Both the position numbers and the translations under genes were made by a program. A model generated the notes under the pieces. The model worked only from the letters and a program-made list of their open reading frames with translations. It was not told the origin of the DNA and made no database searches. From the NCBI GenBank assembly GCA_963845755.1, contig CAWJTV010000036.1, positions 32,001-96,000 of the forward strand: DNA of 64,000 bases. Reading direction: 5' to 3'. This document shows positions 45,358 through 53,836 of the stretch, in pieces. Each line of letters starts with the position of its first letter. Within the stretch, counting starts at the first letter, position 1. Source of the DNA: an uncultured Planctomycetota bacterium. Its GTDB lineage: Bacteria > Planctomycetota > Planctomycetia > Isosphaerales > Isosphaeraceae.

Positions 45358-46591
45358 ATGGCTGCCATAGTGGGGAAACGACCAATCCATCCGAACGCGC
45401 CGCCGCGGGCTAGCAATGCCGCGGTCGCGAACAGTTCCACGGATTCCGCGCCCGTCTCGAACGTCCCCGAGACGATGGCGCGGCCGCCGAAGAGACGGAA
45501 GATTCTCGCGGGCTTGACGTTTCTCGGGTTCAGCCTCGTCCTGAGCGTGTTCATCGTCGAGATCCTCAGCCGGTTCCTTTTCCGCAGAGTCGCCGACGAC
45601 GTGGCGTATTACGCGAGGCTTGAGGGTAACGTGGTCCGCTCTGCGCCAATCCTGGAGCCCACGAGAAAGCCGGGAACGTTCGACGCCAAGTTCGGTTACG
45701 TACTGTCGCCCAACGCGACGCATACCTCCTCCCGCCTCGGAAAGACGATCACCGAGCGAACGAACTCCCTGGGTTTTCGGACCCGGGAGATCGAGCCGCG
45801 GCTTCCCGGGGAATACCGTGTGCTGCTCGTCGGGGACTCCTACTTTTACGGCCACATGATGAATGAGGAGGAGACCATCGCAGTCCGGCTCGAGCGGATG
45901 AGCGGATCGGACCCGCGGGTCAAGCGGCCCCTTCGGGCCTACAATTTCGCCCGCTCGGGCTATTGCAGCGTGCAGGAACTCCTCGTCGCCCGGACGTACG
46001 CGGCTGAGGTCCAGCCCGACATCATCATCCTGGGTTTCTTCGCCGCGAACGACGTGATCCCCAACCGCGCTGACGCAGATCGACGACGAGGGGCACTTCG
46101 CCCCCGTGGCCGAACGTATCGAGCGGTTCCGGAACGAACTCCGAGCGGAGTTGGGACCGTGGCCTCACAGCGAGATCTTTCGGATTGTCTCCCTGACCAA
46201 GCCCTTCGGGTCTCGGATGGTTTACCGACTCGGCCGGCAGCCCTGGGTCCTCGAGCAGAATTACGAAGTCCTCCGCCAGTTTCAGAGGTTCGCTCGGAAT
46301 CAGGGGTATCGGTTCGGCGTCGTGTTCCAGCACACGGCCGACAGCCTCGACTCCGGTTTGCGGGCGGCCCTTTACCCCCGTGAGGATGTCCACCGCCCCC
46401 TCAGCGCGTTCTGCGAACGCGCCGGAATCCCGTTCGTGGACATGCGCCTCGAGTTCCTCGAAGCCGGCGACTGGGAGCGGTTCATCATCAAGGGGGACGG
46501 ACACTGCACCGTCGAGGGCGTCCGCAAAACAGCCGAGGCGATCTACCGGCAATTGATCCGGCCGGAACTGGTCTGTCAGGATCGACGCTAG
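45358..46591 (+). CDS. Membrane-anchored SGNH/GDSL hydrolase-like protein (frameshift near 46068)
   Basis: N-terminal TM; NSLGFR, VGDSY, ND, and C-terminal DGH. Confidence 0.8.
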
Positions 46592-46728
46592 TGCCGTGTC
46601 AAGCGATCTCCGGCGGTCGAGACATCACCAGAATGCCCCGTCGGTTCGGCTCGACGTTTGCAGGATACCGGCGAGATTCTTGGCGAGCCAGGGCCCAGTA
46701 TTCGTTCCATCCCCTTTCCGGGCCCCGG

Positions 46729-46803
46729 GACATCTACAACAATTTCGATAATCGCGTCGGCGGCCTGGTCGCGGGGTTCCTCAATTCGGTGTTCGCGTTT
46801 TGA
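46729..46803 (+). repeat. att-like direct repeat, right copy (orphan barrel 3' end)
   Basis: Encodes DIYNNFDNRVGGLVAGFLNSVFAF*. Confidence 0.9.
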
Positions 46804-46809
46804 ATGCAC

Positions 46810-47786
46810 TCACGAGCCGGCATACGCGATCCCGGGGAATTCTACGCGAGCACCCTGGTATTGCTTCTCCCACTCGGGCGGCCAGCCGAATGCCTTGCGG
46901 GCGAGCGGCCTCAGGTCCTTATTGGCGGCCCCGCTCATGAAGTGGAGGAACTCGCCCCAGTTCATTTCGCGCGTGTAGTGCAGAGTCTTCCCCTGCCCCT
47001 CCGGGCCCTTGGGGTAGTGCTGGGCGAGGAGGCGGAAGAAAGCCGGCATCAGCCGCGAGCGGCCATGATCGCGCCAGGCCGGATAGAAGAAGTCGCGGAA
47101 CCAGTGGGTGCCCGGCCTCGGGAAGTCGTCGGACTGGGCGGTGAACCGGTCGAAGGCGCGGCGGGCCTCATCCTTGAGGCGGAGGCCGACGAAGAGGTCA
47201 TACTGGTAGAGCTCGATCCATTTGCTGTCCTTCCAGAGCCCGAAGGCTGGCGACTCGTGGACGCCGTTGCTGGCACTCTCGACGATGTGGCCGATCTCGT
47301 GGGTCGGTATGCCCAGCGACGGGACGTCCCAGGGGCCGGGCCCGCAGTCGGTGACGTTCCGGTGATCGTGCGAGGCGTCGAAGTAGGTTGACGGATGCCC
47401 GCCGCTGTAGCGCCCCTGGTGGAAGATCGCGTAGAGGCGGCCATCGGGGCCGCCGAAGGGTCCATACGTCGCCTTGGTATAGCGCCAGGCCCGGCTCATG
47501 AACGGGGCAATCCAGGCGGTCGCCTTGCCGCGGGGGACGTCGTCGTCGAAGTAGATGGCCACGTCGTCGTTGGAGCTGACGAGCGTGACGACCCGATCAT
47601 GCTCGAACCAATGTTCCTTCCAGGTCCGCGGCGGCGCGGCGCGGGCACCTTCGCCTTCCGGGCCGGCTTCGCAACCTCCTTGGCGGCGGGTTGCTGGGCG
47701 ACGCCGGACTGGGCGACGGCGGCCGCCCCCGCGAGACCGGCCACTCCCAGCAGACCGATGGCAATCCTCGGGCGATTCGACACCAT
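46810..47786 (-). CDS. Secreted HExxH (zincin-like) hypothetical protein (frameshift near 47640)
   Basis: Signal-like MVSNRPRIAIGLLGVAGLAGAAAVAQ; WKEHWFEH; THEIGHIVE. Confidence 0.65.
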
Positions 47787-47899
47787 GGCCACCTCTCAAC
47801 TCGAGTTGGGCGCGGGACCACGTTACCGACTGGCGGATTCTATCGATTTCGAGGAGAAAATGGGACGGATCGGGGGAACGGGGGCGGGCCACCGTGAGG

Positions 47900-48026
47900 T
47901 CATCCGTTCCCGCTTGGTCGGGCAGTCCGCGCCGGCTGCGAGCGCGAGCGACGCGTTCTTCAGATCATTTTCCGCCTTGGCGATCCATTCGCGGATCACC
48001 ACGATGACCGGATTAGGGGCGGACAT
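47900..48026 (-). pseudogene. Truncated HEPN-domain toxin gene
   Basis: VIREWIAKAENDLKNASLAL, overlapping the MNT stop, then loses similarity. Confidence 0.65.
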
Positions 48027-48354
48027 ACAGGACCTTGCCTTCCCGGGTCGCCGGCCACTCGATGGTGCCGACGTAGTCTTTTCGCCATGCGAAGTCCTCG
48101 GGGGTCGTGACGATGATGTCCACGGGAACGGGGATGCTGTGAAGCGCCTCGCGTATATCGAGGCTCTTCTCAAAAATCGAGCCCTCCACCGGCATCACGA
48201 CCAGCAGGTCCACGTCGCTATCCGGACCGGCATCTCCCCGGGCCTGCGAGCCGAAGAGGATGATCTTCTCGGGGTGAAACCGCTTGACGATCCGCTTGAC
48301 CATGCGGTCGATCTGCTCGGGAATGCTCAGGGTTTTCCGCCTGGCTCTTGGCAC
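48013..48354 (-). CDS. Minimal nucleotidyltransferase (MNT) antitoxin
   Basis: LFGSQARGDAGPDSDVDLLVV; GAGGAGG RBS before GTG. Confidence 0.88.
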   Translation of the reverse strand: MPRARRKTLSIPEQIDRMVKRIVKRFHPEKIILFGSQARGDAGPDSDVDLLVVMPVEGSIFEKSLDIREALHSIPVPVDIIVTTPEDFAWRKDYVGTIEWPATREGKVLYVRP

Positions 48355-48629
48355 GATCGACCTCCTCACGTCGGCACGCGGACCCGTCGGCACGCTTCCG
48401 GATTGTAGCAGCGCGACGGCTCGCGGTCGATCGAGTCGCCTCGTTGAGAGGGCGAACGAGCCTACTGCGGGATCGCCGCCGGTGCTGGGTGGGTTGAGCC
48501 GCGAATTCATCGAAGGCCCGAGGGGTTCAGGAACTGATTCGGCGTGTCGGCTCGTGACCCTCTTCTGCCTCCGAATCCCCTCGCCTAAGCCGGGCACAGC
48601 AGGTATCCTGGAGCCAACAGGAGCATCAC

Positions 48630-48953
48630 ATGATCGCACTCACTCCCGAACAGCGCCAGACCATCGATCGACAATTCCGGAACCTGGCGAATCAGTGGTC
48701 CGAATTGACTGCGTATCGTTCGAACATGGGTGCCCTGCGCCATCATCCGGTCTATCAAGAGTTGGTTGCCTTGGGCGAACCGGCCATCCCCTTGATCCTC
48801 CGCGAGCTGGAACGGGAGCCCAGTGTATCGTGGTTCGGCATCCTTACCGCGATCACGGGCGAGAATCCGGTCCCACCCGAACTGGCGGGTCGCGTCGTGG
48901 CGATGGCCGGGGCATGGCTCGAATGGGGACGTCGGCAAGGATACCTGGCGTGA
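48630..48953 (+). CDS. Small helical hypothetical protein
   Basis: AGGAG RBS; HPVYQELVALGEPAIPLILREL; GTGA overlap with the next gene. Confidence 0.7.
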   Translation: MIALTPEQRQTIDRQFRNLANQWSELTAYRSNMGALRHHPVYQELVALGEPAIPLILRELEREPSVSWFGILTAITGENPVPPELAGRVVAMAGAWLEWGRRQGYLA

Positions 48954-49392
48954 GTGCCGAGCTGGAACGGATCTTCCCGGCCCTGGCTCCAGATGGCTAT
49001 GTGGTGTCGAGCCCCGAGGCCACCGCTTACAACTGCATCGCCTGGTCCGTGGGGGAGTCGCATCGCTGGCGGGAGCCCGGGACCTACTGGCCGATTCAGC
49101 CTGGGACGACCTGGACCTTCAATCTCTTCACATCGCTCGGCTATTCCCTCTGCTGACGACCAACTCGAGACTGGCTATGAAGAAGGTCGCGGCTGCTATG
49201 CCGACGATTGCGGCGAATGGACGCACGCCGCCCGGCAGCTCCCGGACGGTTGGCGGACGAGCAAGCTCGAGCAGGCGGTTGACATCCTTCACCCGGACCC
49301 CAGGGGCCCTGGTGGGCGATGCCTATGGGGATGTCCGGGCCATCATGAAACGAGCGAGACTCCGCGTCGCCGAGGATAACCATCCAGGCTAG
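48950..49392 (+). pseudogene. Degenerate gene with YNCIAW...HAA...SKL motifs (papain-like Cys-His candidate)
   Basis: SAELERIFPALAPDGYVVSSPEATAYNCIAWSVG, later WTHAARQLPDGWRTSKLE in another frame; multiple indels. Confidence 0.55.
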
Positions 49393-49430
49393 CCGGCATT
49401 CGTGACCGTCTTCTCGCTCGCTGAGCAGCT

Positions 49431-49657
49431 TCACGGCATGTACTCGGCGAAATCCTCGAGATGGTCGTCGTCGTCCGAGAGGATCGTCAGCATGCCTTTA
49501 CCGCGTCCTGGCAGCGGGCGGGGCACCTCGGTGGTCGTCCCGACCAGCTTTGCGACCGGCCGCTCGCCGCGCGTGACAACGAGCTCCTCGCTCGGCCTGA
49601 GACCGGCGATCAACTCATCCAGATGAGCTTGGCTTCCTGGAGCGTGACTGTAGACAT
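49431..49657 (-). CDS. Phd/YefM-like antitoxin (frameshift near 49630); partner toxin reduced to MKLL
   Basis: MSTVTLQEA..HLDELIAGLRPSEELVVTRGERPVAKLV...DDDDHLEDFAEYMP. Confidence 0.75.
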
Positions 49658-49827
49658 GGTACACGCTGCTCCTGGCACGGCAACTATATGGATTTCTTGA
49701 GAGTCCTGCGGTCATAAACTCACCATACGCAAATTGTCATCTCGTCTGATAGTCCCGGACCCCCGTCCAGTTCCGGTCCCAATGTTCGTTCGGTCCCCTT
49801 TCCGGGCCCCCCCTTTCCGGGCCTCCT

Positions 49828-49911
49828 GGCCGGACATCCATCCCGCCTGCCCCGCAGCTCGTCGCAGCTCGACCAGAGGGAGGAGTCGAGTTCGGATTTC
49901 TTCAGGGCCAT
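49828..49911 (-). pseudogene. hsdM: N-terminal remnant of type I restriction-modification M subunit
   Basis: MALKKSELDSSLWSSCDELRG followed by a degenerate GMD..Q. Confidence 0.7.
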
Positions 49912-49939
49912 GTCGCCAGCTCCGATCCACAATCACCAT

Positions 49940-50356
49940 GGGTTGAACTATCTTGCTATTTACGACGTTCAAGGTAATTGCCTGGATGAGCACGAATGAG
50001 GATGGAAGCTTTGGCGGCATCTTTACCGATCCCGAATACTTCGCTGCCGCGGCCCTTTTCTTGTTGTCCTCAAGCAACACGTCAACACAGTCATCCACTC
50101 GTACCAGGACGACGTTGCAGGGACGCGGCCCGGGATGTTTGCCAATATGAATTCTCTCCTTCCAGACACCATCAGCGTGGGGCTTGATCCGACACATCGG
50201 CCAATACTTGTCATCAGCTTGGGTGAAGAGCCAGTAGTTTCCTTTGAGTTTCCTGTGGGTCCCGGAAATCTCAACCTCACCGGGGAGAACAACATCCCGC
50301 ATAGGCGGGTGTGTGATCAGAATGATCCCATTTCGCCACTTGTCGAGAAAGCCCAA
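49940..50356 (-). CDS. Hypothetical lower-GC protein (boundaries uncertain)
   Basis: Part of ORF 49712-50356 with protein-like composition; no recognised family. Confidence 0.35.
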
Positions 50357-50891
50357 CCCCTTGGTACGCCGTGTTACCGATGCTCCAAGCTGTTTTCAAC
50401 CCCTCGAACCCAACTTGACCCATCTCCACGCCGCAGGCCAGCATCGCCGTCCCGCCCATCGCTGCCCTCCACCAGGTGTTGTTTGGAAGCCGCAGTATTC
50501 GGGTCCAATCGGTATCAGGCCTGGTTTCGAGTTTTTTTATGCCCTCGACATCCCCGAGATCGGCCCTCGCCTTCTTCGGGGAGGTTTGTGTCCTCTCCAT
50601 GACCACCAGAGGCGGGCTCGACACGGAGAGAGGGCGGTCGACGAGGCGGGGCGTTCGACCCAATGCCGTGAAGACATCGGCGATCGTATGGACGGTGAGG
50701 TTGGACCCGTAACGCAGCATCTTCGTCACGTAAGCTCGGCTCTTCCCCAGGCGCGAGGCCAGCTCAGCGCGGCTCACGCCCTGGTCATCCATGATGCGCA
50801 AGATCGACTCGGTGACTTCCGTTGCCAGACGCTCGCGCTGGAATTCCCTCATCCGCTCCGGCGAAGCGGCGATCTGATCGAGTAGGTCCAT
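50277..50891 (-). CDS. XRE HTH antitoxin (C-terminal extent uncertain)
   Basis: VSRAELASRLGKSRAYVTKMLRYGSNLTVHTIADVFTALG; AGGAGG RBS. Confidence 0.8.
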   Translation of the reverse strand: MDLLDQIAASPERMREFQRERLATEVTESILRIMDDQGVSRAELASRLGKSRAYVTKMLRYGSNLTVHTIADVFTALGRTPRLVDRPLSVSSPPLVVMERTQTSPKKARADLGDVEGIKKLETRPDTDWTRILRLPNNTWWRAAMGGTAMLACGVEMGQVGFEGLKTAWSIGNTAYQGVGLSRQVAKWDHSDHTPAYAGCCSPR

Positions 50892-50903
50892 CGCAAACCT
50901 CCT

Positions 50904-51374
50904 TCAAGTGCGTTGTGGAGGACCTTGACCAGCGAGATCCTCGCAAATAATCGGCTCTGCCCGCTTCGTCTGAACGCTCAGGTTTTCACCTTTGCGAAAG
51001 CCGTGTGTCAGGACCCACTGTCTGCCCTGAAGGAAAGCCATGATCCGCTGGCCACTTCCCGAATGAATCTTGAACTCTGCGATGGGCACCGTCTGGCTGC
51101 GATTGCCCACTTTGCAGGTCGCCTCGCCGGCGTTGAACCGAAACTTCTCGGTATTGCGAATCTCGCCGCGTTCGGCCATCCAGATAAAGAGAACGTTGAA
51201 TCGGTCTTGATCCGACACCGAGAGACTCTCCAGGAACTCCTTCGCGGGTGACGATCCATCATCTCGAACCGCGAACACGATTTCGCGAACCGGACCCCTG
51301 TGGTGGATCGGTCTTGGGCGCGAGGGCCTTGGAGGGGGAGTCGCTGCTTGGCCCCTTCGCCTATGCTTCCCCAT
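50904..51374 (-). CDS. RelE/HigB (Gp49-like) toxin
   Basis: GSSPAKEFLESL, IAEFK, RIMAF, VLTHGFRK; upstream of an HTH gene. Confidence 0.75.
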   Translation of the reverse strand: MGKHRRRGQAATPPPRPSRPRPIHHRGPVREIVFAVRDDGSSPAKEFLESLSVSDQDRFNVLFIWMAERGEIRNTEKFRFNAGEATCKVGNRSQTVPIAEFKIHSGSGQRIMAFLQGRQWVLTHGFRKGENLSVQTKRAEPIICEDLAGQGPPQRT

Positions 51375-51380
51375 GGTTAG

Positions 51381-51398
51381 TTAACCTCAATGTTAACA
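51381..51398. promoter_or_regulatory. Possible TA operator
   Basis: GTTAAC-CTCAAT-GTTAAC immediately upstream of the toxin start. Confidence 0.45.
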
Positions 51399-51752
51399 CG
51401 AAATCAAGGGTGAGCCTCGGCACCGACTCATTTTCTTGGGCCTCCTCTCAGGGCACCAGCCTCGACGCCGGATCCTGGATCTGATGAAGTTCCGGCTTCG
51501 TATTGCAGTTGACCATGGGGCCAGTCGGAGTCAGGCCAGATTTCGGGCTTTTTTCATGCCCTCGACATCTTCGAGGAATCGTAGGGTCGCTCCATAACGA
51601 CCAGGGGCGGGCTCGACACGGACAGAGGCCAGTCGACGAGGCGGGGCGTTCGACTCACCGACGCCTTCTCGAACTCCACGAGACCGGTTCGGGCATCGGC
51701 TCATGTTGGGGCCGAATCGCGGGGCCGGTCGCAGTGTCGGGCTGGTGTCACT

Positions 51753-52448
51753 TCAGTCCTCGTGGATCTGGACCTTTCGGAACTCGACCCGGCCGCTGTG
51801 GCTCTGGAGTGCCACGTATCCCCGGCGCGGCTTGTCCTTCGGCGCGGGCGCCGCGGCCGGCCGGGTGGCCACATCGGCGAGTTCGGACTGATCGGCCTCC
51901 AGGATCGTCCGGCCATTCAGCCGGATGGTGATCCGGGGGCCGGCGCACGTGACCTCGATCGTGTTCCACTCGGGGGCCGGCCGCGCGGGGTTGGCGGTCG
52001 GGCTCTTGTACCGATAGAGCGACCCGGTCCCGTGTGCCGACGGGACGCTGCCGGCGTCGTCGAGCAACTGCACCTCGAAGGCGGCGTACGACGGGCGGGT
52101 CTCACGCGACCGACTGGGGTCGAAACGGCCCGTCCGGATGCCGAGCCCGCTGTTACCTTGCGGTTTGCCCGCCGGCGCCGGGGTGAACCGGTACTCGACC
52201 CGGAAGGTGAAGTCGCCGAACTCCCGGCGGTCGTACCGGAGGAACCCGAACCCCTCCCCGAGGCAGACGATCCGCCCGTCCTCGACAGACCACATCGTCC
52301 GTCCGGCCTTGTCCCTGGCCGGTCCCTCCACGACCCAGCCGTCCAGGCTCTTGCCGTCGAACAGGTCGCGGAAGTCGTCGGCCGAGGTCGCCGGGGCGAG
52401 GATGAGCAGCAGGACGAGCGGGGCCAGGCGGAAACCCAGTCGGGACAT
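51753..52448 (-). CDS. DUF1080 (3-keto-disaccharide hydrolase family) secreted protein
   Basis: LFDGKSLDGW, GNSG, EVQLLD, EWN, ALQSH. Confidence 0.9.
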   Translation of the reverse strand: MSRLGFRLAPLVLLLILAPATSADDFRDLFDGKSLDGWVVEGPARDKAGRTMWSVEDGRIVCLGEGFGFLRYDRREFGDFTFRVEYRFTPAPAGKPQGNSGLGIRTGRFDPSRSRETRPSYAAFEVQLLDDAGSVPSAHGTGSLYRYKSPTANPARPAPEWNTIEVTCAGPRITIRLNGRTILEADQSELADVATRPAAAPAPKDKPRRGYVALQSHSGRVEFRKVQIHED

Positions 52449-52483
52449 CGTTCGTCTCCTTCGCGAGATCGGAGGTGCCCTGC

Positions 52484-52864
52484 TCAATCGAACCACTCAT
52501 CGGCCGGGTCGAACGGCGGCACCACCATGTTCAGAATCGTCATCCGGCCGATGGCCCGGTGCCGGACGCCCGGCGGGATCATCACCGCATGGCCCGTTGC
52601 CACCGGCACCCGTTCGCCGTCCAGCTCGATGGCCGCGCCGGGGGCACACTCCAGGATGTAGTAGAACTCGGTGTGCTCGCGGTGGTAGTGGGTGCGGGCG
52701 TCGACCTCGACCTCGACGCGGTGGACGCTGGCCGGCGCATTGGGTATGTCGGCGAACGCGCGACGGGCCCAGCCGCAGGGGCATCGGACCGGCTCGATCG
52801 TGGAGTAGTCGGCAACGATGGGTGCGGCGGCGTCGGCCGGGATCTCGGTCGTGGCTCGACTCAA
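52484..52864 (-). CDS. Cupin domain protein
   Basis: CPCG, HYHREHTEFYY, IPPGVRH. Confidence 0.85.
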   Translation of the reverse strand: MSRATTEIPADAAAPIVADYSTIEPVRCPCGWARRAFADIPNAPASVHRVEVEVDARTHYHREHTEFYYILECAPGAAIELDGERVPVATGHAVMIPPGVRHRAIGRMTILNMVVPPFDPADEWFD

Positions 52865-53668
52865 GGGATTGCCCTCATGCGAGGTTCGGTCGGCTCGGTC
52901 GTGACGGCTGGGATTCCAGCATACCCGCTCACGCCGCGCCCGGAGTCGGAGACCGGGACCCAGCTCGTATAGAGCCTATCATAACGACCAGGTTGGACAG
53001 ATCGTGTCCAACGTGCCCCATGTTCACCTCGAGGAAATCCCCGTCCTCTCCGCGGTCATTCGGCGGTTGGAGTGGAACGCCGTCGTCACAATCGTCCCAA
53101 CCCGACCCGACAAATCCCCGAGTCCAGATGCCGGGCCCGACAACGGAGCGTCATCGCGGACGACCAGCAGTCGCCGTGCCCGTCGCGGCGGACGCGGGGG
53201 AGCGGTCGTCGAGCGGGCCGTCAGGTCGGATCTTCCCGTCGTCCGCCGCTTGCCCTCCCCTCGGCCCGCCGACGGCGGAGCGCAATCTCCCGTCAAGAAA
53301 TTTTTGAAAAGATTTTTATCTCCCACGGCTGTTGAGAGTTCGGAAGCAAAAAACCGTGGATCCGGTACTAGGTGCATTAACGCTTTTCCAAAGTTGCGGC
53401 ATCCTGATAATAGAGGGGCCGCACGATCACTTCCCCGCCACGTCCGAGGCATCAGCAACCCATGTCAGGGGACACCGGAACTCGCCGCCGTCCGCCGGCG
53501 GCCGGTCGCAAGACCCGACCGGACCAACTCGGCAGACGCTCGTCCCGAACTCGTTTCAGGCCAACGCGATCGGGGATGGGCCGCTTCGTAATTGATGTTA
53601 GAATGTGCCCCTTTGTGCCACGACCCGCACCGCAGGCCGCCTCCCGGGGGTCGGACGCGTTCCAAAAC

Positions 53669-53704
53669 GGGGACCGGCACCTCGAAGACTCGGAGCCGGT
53701 CCCC
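53669..53704. repeat. REP-like palindrome, copy 2 (inverted relative to 24621)
   Basis: GGGGACCGGCACCTCGAAGACTCGGAGCCGGTCCCC. Confidence 0.65.
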
Positions 53705-53836
53705 ATCGTTGGAAAGAGCGTCCAGGGATCGGCGATCGCCGTTGACGGGTGTGGGCATCGATGTTATGGTCCGGCCCCCTGGTCTCATTCCGCGCCGGGG
53801 TGATGGGAGCCCGTGGACACGGAGGTTGACCGCAAT

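Noticed and set aside
52870..53800. ncRNA or riboswitch upstream of the multiheme gene
   Set aside because: AT-rich promoter-like DNA with small hairpins, but no RNA family motif I can support
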